Shown one piece after another: positions 41,208 through 53,029 of a stretch of 64,000 nt of DNA. The notes beneath the pieces were generated by a model that was given only the letters and a program-made list of their open reading frames with translations, did no database searches and was not told where the DNA came from. Position numbers and translations under genes: made by a program. Every line of letters starts with the position of its first letter. Position 1 is the first letter of the stretch. Source of the DNA: Marsupella aquatica (taxonomy: Eukaryota > Plantae > Marchantiophyta); NCBI GenBank assembly GCA_973895155.1, contig OZ316891.1, positions 23,185,799-23,249,798 of the forward strand, given 5' to 3'.

Positions 41208-43107
41208 TATGTGACATTTGCTCACGAAGATGTTGCGCTCGCTTTTCTTCAATTTCAGCACGTTCTTTTTTCCTTCTTTCTCGCATCAAACTGTCTTTGT
41301 ATTCACAACAAAGAGTACACTTGGCAAATGCACCATCTTTATGAAAACTGAAGTTTGCAAATGAGTTGCTCCAGATCTTGTAGAGAGTATTCTCTGTGAC
41401 AGGAGGAAGCCCTTCTTCCTTCATCTTTGTTCTCACATCTTCCAGAATCTCTAGCTTCTTGTAACACGCCGGAAGACGGTACTCAATAGAGTCTGTCCCA
41501 TGTGCCCCTCCATAAGGCATATGAGGCATGGGCTCTGCATTTCAAGTCAAAAAAACCTCCAACAAAGCTCGTGCATGCAAAGTATTTGCCCTTGTTTTCA
41601 TCAAGCCCGTATTGCCATGGAACCCAATTTTGCAACCCTCCACATATCTCCTTTTGTAATCATAATATTTGGTGTGGCTAAAACCGTGGATAATTGCAAT
41701 GCATGTCTGCATACGACCATACCCTTAAGAACATGGTGTCCCTTATCACAAACATCATCCTCTCTATAGTGAAAGAGGTTGAAAATGTGTAACGTTTTTG
41801 ACTCGCTTGACATCCCATGAAATTCCATCCTAATATCTTCGATGTGTTCCCTTGGCATAATGAGACAACATTTTTGCTTGCAACAATTTTCTCTTTTCAC
41901 GTCATCAATTGACGCCTTTGTTGTTTTTGAAATTGCCTTGGTTTCCAACAACCTCCTCTTCTTTTCATTCGGATCTACTTGATTCCTCTTGTTAAAATTG
42001 TACGGCCTTGAACGCAGTACTCCTCTGTCACTTACATCCGCATTGAGTTCATCCCTATCCATTGAGTCCATCCTCTCAGAACCTTCCACCAAAATGTCTG
42101 ACAAAATTTTTCCATTTGCAACTAGTTTTGTTGAATCAATCCGCCATCAAATCAAACTCACTACTCCCTTGTGGATGTTGGGAAAGTATTGTGCTGCCAC
42201 GACATCTTTCACAGCAATCCCAACATGGTCATCACCAAGAATTTTATCATCAACTGCTGTCGTCACTTGAGGGACAGTGATCGTTCCAGTGGCAACCATT
42301 TTGGTTTGATCCAAACCAGTGTAGAGTTCAACCAACTCTGACATCCAGTTTTCCCGATGAAAATAGTCACACTTAGTGTCCGTGATCTCTGGCCATTGTG
42401 TGGCCTTTGGAGTTGTTTTCAAGATCGATCCAATGGAGAGATGTCATAACATATTACTCGATGAGTCTCGGGTTAGTGTAAAAATCACAGATGTGATTCA
42501 TGGTAGTAAGACTTTACCTTACGCACATGGTGGAGCTGCAACAATTGAAGAGGCAAAGGGCTCTTGGGTTCTATGGGATGTGGTTGACGTCCACATTAAA
42601 GTATGGAATGTTGATATCGATGGGAGCAACAAATTTTCCTCTAAGAAGCAAAAGGACAAGGCAAATTTTGTTTCACAGTCTTGTTTGGCGAACACCAAAC
42701 ATTTCAACCTCATCGCCTGGCCTTAGGTTGGTCGGAGCATCCTCCTCTACATTTGCAACATTATGGATGTTGTTATCTTTTTGAGTCGAACAACTACCAA
42801 TACTGATGCGTTTTTGAGTAATCTTATTTGTAGATCGATATGCACATGACATATCCCAAATGACACATGAGTCAATGGCATCATGAAGATTTTCCGCCCT
42901 AGGCATTGGAAAAGGGAGCTTCCTGGTCTCACCAAAGGCCTTCTCGATGACCCCAATTTGATTCTCTCCCAGCACAATATTTTGAACACTCTCTCGTGGA
43001 TCTGTCTTTTGAACTGTCCCATTTCCAACGTTGTAACCATCCATTGTCAAGGTCACATCATCGCCCCTAGAAAACCTTTGAGACATCCTTTTCCTATTAT
43101 CCTGCAC
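41208..43107 (-). pseudogene. Element C: Sola/DUF7869-like transposase, N-terminal half, with Tnp1/EnSpm (DUF8039)-like repeats; continues at 33318-33274
   Basis: CCKQKCC...IEDIRMEF...VCRHA; LPACYKK...TLYKIWSNSF...FAKCTLC...HLREQMSHR; upstream domains of the type V.L...VGNGTV...LP.P....L.DAI...V.W. Confidence 0.6.
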
Positions 43108-43149
43108 ACTGAAAAAAATGGATTAAAACCAAACTCATGCAAATTTTGA

Positions 43150-44265
43150 TTCAGACTACTATCCTCCAATTCAGGATTTGGACTAGGACCATCCGAGTCC
43201 GGATTTGGACCGGGACCATCCAAGTCCGGATTTGGACTGCAATCCTCCGGGTCTGGATTTGGACTACGATCCTTCGATTCTGGATTTGGACTGGGACCAT
43301 CCGAGTCCGGATTTGGAACGGGACCATCCAAGTCCGGATTTGGACTACAATCCTCCGAGTCTGGATTTGGACTACGATCCTCCGATTCTAGATTTGGACT
43401 AGGACCATCCAAGTCCGGATTTGGACCGGGACCATCCAAGTCCGGATTTGGACTGCAATCCTCCGAGTCTGGATTTGGACTACGATCCTTCGATTCTGGA
43501 TTTGGACTAGGACCATCCGAGTCCGGATTTGGACTGGGACCATCCGAGTCCGGATTTGGACTGGGACCATCCAAGTCCGGATTTGGACTGCAATCCTCTG
43601 AGTCTGGATTTGGACTACGATCCTCCAAGTCTGGATTTGGACTGGGACCATCCGAGTCCGGATTTGGACCGGGACCATCCAAGTTCGGATTTGGATTGCA
43701 ATCCTTTGAGTCTGGATTTGGACTACGATCCTTCAATTTTGGATTTGGACTGGGACCATCCCAGTCCAAAGTTGGAATTGGACCATCCCAATCCAAACTA
43801 GGACTCGGACCATTCCAATCCAAACTAGGACTCGGGCCAACCCAATCCAAACTAGGACTCGGGCCATCCCAATCCAAACTAGGACTTGGGTCAACCCAAT
43901 CCGAACTAGGACTTGGGCCATCTCAATCCAAACTTGGATTGGGACCATCCAAGTCCAAACTTGGACTCGGACCATCCCAATCCAAACTTGGACTCGGACC
44001 ATCCAAGTTCAAACTTGGACTCAGATGATCCCAATCCAAACGAGAATCCAAACTTGGACTCGGACCATCCTAATCCAAAGTTGGACTCGGACCATCCCAA
44101 TCCAAACTAGGACTTGGACCATCCAAGTTCAAACTTGGACTCGGATGATCCCAATCCAAAGTTGGACTCGGATGATCCCAATGCAAAGTTGGACTCGGAT
44201 GATCCTAATCCAAACTTGGACTAGGACCATCTGAATCCAAACTTGGACTAGGACCATCCTAGACC
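43150..44265. repeat. 27-bp tandem array with two sequence variants and higher-order structure
   Basis: Left unit GGACCATCCGAGTCCGGATTTGGACTG with 4-5-unit higher-order repeats; right unit GGACCATCCCAATCCAAACTTGGACTC. Confidence 0.95.
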
Positions 44266-45833
44266 AATCCATGATGTAATGGGAGATAAACTTCAAACAT
44301 CTTAAGCTAAGAAAAATCCAAATTTATGAAGACTCCGTATTTTACGGATCTCCCTATATGGTGTAGCCTAAAGTTTGCGTGGTCTTAAGGCAGACCCTAA
44401 TGTCTGCATACAATTTCATGAAATAATGGAACCTTATACTCACCTTAGTATTAAGATCTGGTAGAAGATGAATATCACATCCAAGGGGTATACATTGTTG
44501 TTTGTAGATTGGTAAAAACTTCCCAAAACCTTTGAAATACAAGCTATATGCCACTAAATCTTGGGAGTAAAAAACAAACTGAACCCTAAACCACACATGT
44601 CTGTAAAAGATAAACTGAGAGGACTCCAAAAGTCAAGAAGCTGGCTAAGCTGACCCATTGAAGGTAAGTGGCTCAATACATAACACATTAAGAGAAACTC
44701 CGGATTACATGGAGCTTAGATTTGGGAAACTAGAACAAGAATGAGCTCCGAAATGGGCGTCTCCCAAATTATACTTTTCGCTTGAGTCGGCTCAACCGGA
44801 AATTGCATGAAGATAAGGGTTGAGTAGGCGTTCACCCTAGCTTGCGGACACTCCTTATCTTCATGAGCCTAATTGCACGGGGACTACCATGCAAGGCTGT
44901 TAGGTAGGCAGAACATCAAGAAAGGAGGTCCGTATGCAAGGTGAGGGCAACGGGCCGTACGCAGGAGCAGGCCGTATGCAGGAGAAGGAGGCAACCGGCC
45001 GTACGCAGGCCGAGGTGAGGCAGGAGGGGGTAAAGGGACGGAGAGGTCCAACCAGGACCTCATTATCATTCTCTCACTCCGAGACTCCTTGCTCTCTCGC
45101 TCTCCTCCTCGCTCTCTCGCTCTCCTCTCGCTCTCTGCTCTCTCTCTGCTCTCTGCTCTCTCTCCGCTCTCTCTCCGCCTCCACCCCTCCGCCTGCCTCC
45201 GCCTTCCGCCTCCACCTCCATTCTTTTTTTTGCCCTAGATCGGATGCTTGCTAAGATGCCACATGTCATGCTGCCATGTGTTAGAAAGATGGAAGCAAAT
45301 CGCGTCCTTGTGAAGTCCTACGTGGAAGAAACAGAGGAGTTTGACCTCTCCTTTATGAGCAACAGTGTAGAACTGGTACTCAAAGACTCCAGACAATTTC
45401 AATCACGAATCCCTAGTAAGTATCCATCACCTATCCTCCCTAAGTCTTAGAGGACTGGGACCATCCGGGTCCAAAGTTGGACTCGGACCATCCCAATCCA
45501 AACTTGGACTCGGATAAGTTGGACTTGGACCATCCCAATCCAAAGTTGGACTCGGATGATCCTAATCCATCCAGGAGATTGAACCCCGATTGTAGGAGCA
45601 AGTCTAAAACCATCTCAAGTTGGACTAGGACCATCCTAATCCAACAAGAGTTATTCAAATGTTTTAAACATTTTAAGTCTAACATGGATGACGTTTATGA
45701 TGCAGGGAGCGATCTTGTTGGTTTCAAACCTGCGATTGCACCGACCCACTGCCTAGACGGATTCTTACTAGATGAGAGATCCCCACGCTTTCGATGGGGG
45801 CTTGAGTTCTCAAGAACCCCGCTTAATAATTAA

Positions 45834-48800
45834 GTGCCATCAAGCACGATTGAACCTGTTTTGACCTTAAAGTGCAGAGAAAATGATAGCCTGACTTTTG
45901 TTTGCGGACCTGTGGTCTCTGTTGGCATTGGAGGGAGAGGGATGAATTTGGTCATTCTAGAGATGCACGATAGGTCTTGTTGGGTTAAAGTTAACCTTCT
46001 GTCAAAGGCATACTCCTTTGAATTCAATGTTGAATGGCACGCAAGTGGGGAATTGAGCGTTTTGTCAATGGGATTTTTCCCAAAGACCTATGACACAAAG
46101 AAGTTGGTCGCCGGGGTAACTGGTATGCTTCCAGTCAACATTATGTATGGGTTTCAATATTTGAAACTCAACATGATGAAGCACCAAGGCAATTTTTCTT
46201 TTGCAACTACGTGGATGTTAAGCAATTTACTTGAGAAAGCTGGATTGTTATCGTTGGAGTCGGAGGAGCCTGGTGTTTTAATTGATAAGGATGTTGCATT
46301 TGCTCCCAAGTTTGATTTAGTCAAAGCAAAGCAATGGATAGAATCTTTGTCCAAGACAAGAAGCTTCCAGCGGTGAATACAAACCCTGTGCCCGAGCAAG
46401 TGCCAGAGAAAGCTCCAGAACCTACAACAGAGACCGCGGGAACTACAACAGCAACCTCTCAAAGAGCAGTGGGAAAACAAAAACAAAGCCAAAGGAAACC
46501 TCCGGTTGAGAAGAAACTTCCAGTTGAGAAGCCGAGTTGAGAAGCCAGTTGAGAAGCCAATTGAGAAGCCGAGTACAAGAAGCCAAGTTGAGAAGCCAAT
46601 TGAGAAGAAACGTCCGGTTGGGAAGCCGAGTGCAAGTGAAAAGAGGCCAAGACAGAAGAAGAAACAGAAAATTGACAGTGCCATCATGGATGACACTACA
46701 GAAAACCTAACAGTGCATTCACAAGATGTGGACGAGCAGTTGGACGCTCCTGAGGAGAAGAAGGTCTTAGAAGGTAGTGAGGTACTACAACAAATGGAGC
46801 AATATTATACTTTTGGGATCAATTCGATATTTTCTATTCCCGTAGAGAGTATTTTCCCTACGTTGGCAAAACTCTGTTATAGAATGTTGAATGCAGACCA
46901 TGTAAAGGATGTGGCCAATTCCATGATAAGAAATCCGGGGCATGAACCACACATAGCAGACTTGATTCCTTACACTGCAAAACATAGAAACCTAATGCAG
47001 TATGACAACACGGAATCAGATAGGAGGGACTTTGTAGCAGCCGTGAAAAAGGGCGAGGTTCAATTCCTTGCCATTAGCGGTCAACATTCGGCCAGAGCAG
47101 CCGGATGGATTCAAGAATGGGCAAACAAGGATGCCAAGCTAACAACATTGGCAAAAAAGCTGGAATTTTGAAAGTCAAGAATATTATCTCATCGAACACC
47201 ATCATCAATATTAGTTGAGCATTCAATGCAATCTAATGCGATCAATAGCACGATGGTGTTTTAGTCATGCTTCAAAAATACAGTCGTTCATGCTAGGCGA
47301 GAATTTGTGGAATGTGGAAGACCTGGCCAGCCAAAACATGGGGACAACAAAAAAGGCTCAAGACAATCAAAAATTTCAGGTATGAAGTGTTACTGCTTGA
47401 TGGGTACAATACCGTAGATTCATGCACATTCAGTAGAATATTTCCACTAATATCGCCTAGTTTTGTGTTGGATTGGGATGGTCCCAGTCCAAATGGATTC
47501 ATGCACATTCAATAGACTATTTCCACTGATATCGTCTAGTTTTGTGTTGGACTGTGATGGTCCCAATCCAAATGGATTCATGCACATTCAGTAGAATATT
47601 TCCACTGATATCGCCTAGTTTTGCGTTGGATTGGGATGGTCCCAGTCCAAATGGATTCATACACATTCAATAGATTATTTTTCCATTGATACCGTCTAGT
47701 TTTGTTCTAGACTGGGATGGTCCCAGTCCAAACTAAATCATGCACATTCAATAGAATATTTCCACTGATACTGTCTAAATCTGTGTTGGACTGGGATGGT
47801 CTCAGTTCGCACCTGAGGCTTTCAAACAATTGAGTTATGGAGAACTAACAGACTTTCCTTTGCAATTGTAGGATTGGTTGGCTCTTGCAAGAATGACCAT
47901 GGGAAGGAAAGATTGTCGAAATGTTTACTGGTAACTGTTTGCGGACAATGCTCTTTTTGAGTTATGGAGTTTGGTATGCCAGTTGTGGTTGGATGGGAAA
48001 CTTCCCAATGGAGCTGGGGTAGAAGGAAATGAGAAGTCTGAAAAAGCAATTACTGTTGCCATGTTTCGTTGTTTTGATGGTGAGTTGATCTCACAACGAG
48101 ACATCACAAGAATACTAACGCGGGTGAAGTCAAGAAAGGTATTGCTAAAGAAAGATGCCTCTAATAAGTCAGACATGCCATCTATAGAGGAGTTGGCCAA
48201 AGATGTGAAGATCGTGCGGAAACTGAAATCCCTTATTGAAGACTACTATTGCACCAAGGATGCAGTGAATTTCCTGGCAAATACTAATTGGGGGAAAGTA
48301 GTTGAGGTTCTTCCTACGCTAGCAATTGATTTAGAGTTCAGCAGGTGTCAAAGAGCCGCTGGCGAGGTCTATCTTGCCAACCTTTTAAAGCCAAATCATA
48401 CGCGGGAGAGCGCAATCTTGCCGACGGCATTGGCATTCCGCCTAGATGATATGTACTGCCAGAAATTTGGCGAAGGATCACGTTCTCGGACCCTACCATG
48501 GGTTACATTTTTAGCGACAATCTCATGAAGACCATTGATCCAGAGTCATTGCAAGAAGCTCCTTTGACCTGCCCTCTTGCCATTGTTGATTTTAGCCGGC
48601 TTCCGCAAAAACAATGGACTGAAGCAGAGATTCTTGTTCTCTTTGAATATATTGTGGAGCTTCCACAAAATCCCACGATTGTTGTGACGATAACAGTTCA
48701 TCCTGGACAACTTGCATTGAATGTCCATGGTGCCCTTCGTAAATTGGGACAAGAGAAAGCTTTGACCATTCACATTGAGTATGGGAGTTATTCTCGAGAT

Positions 48801-49952
48801 GATCAACTGCACCCTCATGACTCATGTTGGGGTGGGGGGATTGAAGAAGTTATCTTTGCGGGGATTTCTCGAGATGAAGATGTCAATTGGAATGAAGTTT
48901 TCAAGCCCAACTATCCAAAGCCAAAATTCTTGTATACTTCAAAGGATGTTGATTACGAAGTATGCAAGATTGACAAGGGAAAGGGGAAGGCTAAGGAATC
49001 AGATGAGGGGACACAAAACGACGACCTAAAAGTGGTTTTGGACCCGAAAGAGGCCGTCAAGATTATGAATATGGCCCCTCGATTTGAGATAGTTGGCAGT
49101 CGCGGAGGGTGGGTTAATCCTCATGCCAAACCCATGCGGATGATTTGAAGGATTATTGAATCCTTGTTAGAACCGGGAGATTTGGTTCTAGATTTTTTCT
49201 CCGGTGGCCAAGTCATGAAGACATCATTTTTTTGCGATAGGGAATGCTTTGTTTATTGTGACTCTCACTCCGAGAGGCATTTTGTGGAAGCTTTTGCTTC
49301 CTACCTTTGCGAGAGAGTTCCCTCACTTAAAGCCCATTGTGAATCACTTGCTGAAAATTCTCAACAATGGGCTACCATTGTTGCGGCTGTAGCTATTGCT
49401 GTTGAATCTGATGGTTCTGAGTCTGAAGATGTTGCTGACAAAGTGGCTAAAGGCGTAGAGGCATCAGAGGAGGCATATGTCAAGAATTTGGATGATCGTG
49501 TTGGTCAAGGTGAGCCTTACGATGTAGATGATGATATTGGACTTGCACCAAACCGTTCATCTCGTTTAGATGACATCCCTTTGGGGCCCAATGAAGTTCA
49601 AGTTGATGATAACTTGGACAAGGATGATCCCAATCCAACAACGCCGGGACGACAGATGGAGCAACTGGACGGAGCAAGGGTTGATACGTTTGATCATCTT
49701 TCTTCAACCAATCTGATCAATGAAGGCGCAACGAGGCTTGGAGATTCAAATGAAGCTGAAAGTAAGGAATTGACTCTGGGGGAGACTGGCAGATTGCCTG
49801 ACATTCCCATCAATCCAGGAGGAAATGCATCAACGGCTGCTGACAACCAGGCAGGTGCTTCAACTTGTCTTGACACACTCTTTTCAGCTTTTGATGACAA
49901 ATTGGTGTTTGTTCGTACACACTCGGGGAGTCCTATTGTCCTTCCGCTCTAA
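45834..49952 (+). pseudogene. Copy C: distantly related ParB-like plus N4/N6-methyltransferase-like cargo gene
   Basis: YRMLNADHVKDVANSMIRNP...FLAISGQHSARAA (ParB-like); WVNPHAKPMRMI*RIIESLLEPGDLVLDFFSGG (N6_N4_Mtase-type HPxxKP...GDxVLDxFxG). Intron at ~47380-47871; several stops and frameshifts. The 5' start is uncertain. Confidence 0.7.
47417..47810. repeat. 79-bp tandem repeat (5 units) in an intron, each carrying the element C motif inverted
   Basis: Unit ends TTGGATTGGGATGGTCCCAGTCCAAA, the reverse complement of the 27-bp array motif. Confidence 0.9.
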
Positions 49953-50325
49953 AAAAAGAAAGGAAATAGAGTTGGATCAACTAGATGGAGGTCATTGGAA
50001 CGCGACGCACGATGTTACGTGTGGAAAAGTGGATCAAATTGAGGCCAAGAAATATCATTGGATGCTGCTCCTTCAATTCTCAATAAGGAGGAGTATAAGA
50101 GGGGAGAATTGGGGTTGATAACTCCTATTTGGACTTCACCTTATTGGGTAGAACAAAGTACTTCAAATGTCAATTTTAAAATCCAACAGGAGCTTGGTGC
50201 TGACATGATTATTGATGAATACGGATCTCTTATTTCGGAATGAAATTCAGCCTTTGACTTTCTATTTATTCACATCAATCTAAAATACTTCTCGGTCTCA
50301 TAGACTGCGCTCACCAATTAAAGTC

Positions 50326-50653
50326 CTCGGGGGGGTCACTATATGGAGGGTCATACATCGCGTGCGACGTTTTAGGGTTTGACCCCCCTAACTTTAAAGT
50401 GAAAAATATTTTTTTGCAAAGCCCTTTCTTTCTTAAAATTTTGTCATTTTTTATTAAAAAACCCCTAAAAACTTTATAGAAAGTATTTTTTGCAATTAAA
50501 TAGGCCTATGTGTTCTTTAAAGTCGACCAATCAATAAAACATGCCCTATGTGTTCTTCCACCAAACTTTGGAAGTCTTCCGCCACACCCATTTAAATGGG
50601 CCTATACTTTGTCGCACGTGATGTGTCACTTCCGTGGAAGTGACCCCCCCGAG
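50326..50653. mobile_element. 328-bp MITE (CTCGGGG family)
   Basis: TIRs CTCGGGGGGGTCACT / AGTGACCCCCCCGAG; TSD TTAAAGTC at 50318-50325 and 50654-50661. Confidence 0.93.
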
Positions 50654-50792
50654 TTAAAGTCTCCATATACGTCTATAGATTGTGAGGCTTCTAAAAACGG
50701 TAAGTAGGTTAATTTTCTTTTTTGTCAGCCATTGTCTTGTATTTTTGGACTGAGACAATCCTAATCCAAAGTTCACTTTTGGTCTTTTCTCT

Positions 50793-51099
50793 CCCGGGGT
50801 CCTCACTTCTTTTCTTCCAACCCATCACGCGCGAATAAGTATAGGGTTTTTTTATTGGGTTTAGTGAAATACTTTTAAATTTTTGTTGAAAAACATTAGG
50901 GTTATTTTAATCCAATTTTCAGAATGATAAGAATCATAGGGTTTTTTAAAATCAAATATGGGAATATTCTTGGAATATTCCATTAAGTTAGGGGTAAAAC
51001 AATTCCTAAAAAAAATTTTATTGACTTAACTTTTAGGGTGTTTATTCCCCCAAAACTTCGAGCGTGATATGGGACACCCCTTGGATTGAGGCCCCCAAG
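50793..51099. mobile_element. 307-bp MITE related to the CTCGGGG family
   Basis: Imperfect TIRs CCCGGGGTCCTCA / TGAGGCCCCCAAG; TSD TTTTCTCT at 50785-50792 and 51100-51107; shares GGAATATTCTTGGAATATTCC with the 12201 element. Confidence 0.8.
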
Positions 51100-51111
51100 T
51101 TTTCTCTGAGA

Positions 51112-52362
51112 ATGGTGTTTGGTGCACTTGCAGAATCGAGACCTGGTCCCGTCAAGCGGAAGTTGCTGATTTTGGACCTTAATAAAATACTTTGGGATTC
51201 TATTGAATTCCAAAGCAAGGGCACATCCAGGAATATTGTCACCTCAAGTGGAGTGCATTGGGATAGAAAAAATGATATTAGTCGCATGTATACAGAACGA
51301 CCAGGGCTCCATGAGTTTCTAAAGTTGGTTTTTGACAGATTTGACGTTGCAAGTTGGACATGTGCTGGGATACCGCGAACAATAAAAATGTTGAACATGA
51401 TGTTCACTGATGAGGAGAGGTCAAAACTCCAGTTTGTATTCACACACGTGGAAGCTTTTGACACAGACATTCAAAGATGTGACATTACAAACGGAAAGGC
51501 AAATGTGCTACTGAAGGATTTTCAGGTGGTATGGAATGCATTTGGAGATCTATATGATGAAACCAACACCCTCATTGTGGATGACTCCCCCTTTAAGGCA
51601 TTTGCCAACCCAGACATGACCGGATTATTTCCAGTGCCCTACACGCATGCCAATCATGGAGATAATTTTCTTCTAGCAATTCTTTGGCCATGTCTTGAGA
51701 AATTATCACCTCGGGGGTTCACTTCCACAAAAATGGCATATCATGTGCGACAAAGGATAGGGTCATTTTATTGGTTCTAAGGAAAGACTTAAGAATTTTT
51801 GTAGAAGAACAATAGGGTCTTTTAAATTCAATTTTGAGACTTATAAGAATAGTAGCGTCTTTTCAATCCAATTTTTAGAATATTCCAAGAATATTCCAAC
51901 TTTATAGGGGTTAAAAAATAATTTTTTTTCTTACATTTTAGGGGGTCTAAGGCCTAAAAACGTCGCAGGCAATGGGGAGGTCCCCATATAGTGAGACCCC
52001 CGAGACTATCACATGCAAGTGACATTCGATGTTATCTTCTTCTCAACTCTCCAAAGTGGTCTCTTTTGCACATGAAGAGAGACAAGGCAAAAAATGAGAT
52101 TACTTATGATCAACTTAGCAAGAGATTTGCAGCAAAAATTTGGAAGTCACAGTTGACACATAGTGTGTTGGACCTCAACAGCAATGAGATCCCTTGGAAT
52201 GTAAAGCACCGTATATGTAGTTTACGTCATGAGGCGGAACTTGACAATGCACTTGTCAACTCACTTGCTAAATCATTTTTAGGAAAGGACTATTCATGTC
52301 TATATAGAGAAAATCCCAGACACTTTTTGCGGGAGATTATAGCCATTAGGAACAACATTTAG
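51112..52362 (+). pseudogene. FCP1/NIF-type HAD phosphatase domain gene interrupted by a MITE
   Basis: KLLILDLNKIL, ERPGLHEFL, DVASWT, LLKDF and NTLIVDDSPFKAFANP; the frame continues after the MITE as LSHASDIRCYL. Confidence 0.8.
51710..52004. mobile_element. 295-bp MITE (CTCGGGG family)
   Basis: Termini CTCGGGGGTTCAC...GTGAGACCCCCGAG; TSD ATTATCAC / ACTATCAC (1 mismatch). Confidence 0.9.
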
Positions 52363-53029
52363 TTTGACATGGGTACATTTAGTTCAGTGTCGGTAATCAC
52401 ACATCAAAATGTGGTAATATACCGAGAGTGTGCATAACTAAAACAGGCTTCTGCGCTATCACACCTGTCTCCTAGGACTCAATTTGATTGGGTATCCTCC
52501 TTTTACCTTGGGGGTAAGGGTTTCATACATTATACCCTTATCAGGTTCAGCTCTCTCATGCCTGCACAATAAATCGAGCCAAGAACACTTAATAATGTCA
52601 AAATTGAAACCATGGAATTTATACTTGGGTGGTAAGTTGCAAGGGTTTTTCACATATTACTACTAATTAGCAAACAGAAGTCAAGCTAGAGTTGGGTCTA
52701 GGCTTCTAGAGTGAAACCTCTAGACTCTAACTCTAGGGCCCCACCAAATGTATGCGTATGGAGAGCAGAATTGAGAATCTAATGTATGGTACATCAAAAT
52801 GGATCATGCAAGTTGATTTTTGTTATCATTCTATTGCCATTCAAAGAATGAGCATTCAGGCTCGTCATTCAATTCAAAAGACAGACATGTTGTGCAGTCT
52901 CATTGGTAGAGAGTATCCTGAGTTAGGTTCCTCATTTCTTTGAGGGCTAGCTATAGTCCCCAAGGGTTCACAGGCCATGCCCCCCTAGAGTAAGCAGGCA
53001 AGTGAATATTGAGAAACATATGCTGGGGA

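Noticed and set aside
43053-44234. Repeat-protein ORFs (DGPSPNPDS)n on several frames
   Set aside because: The open frames are a by-product of a 27-bp unit; the same motif occurs in introns and in both orientations.
44272-45430. Solo LTR interrupting the 27-bp motif region
   Set aside because: It has TGATG...CATCA ends and a different composition, but no matching TSD was found, so it is left uncalled.
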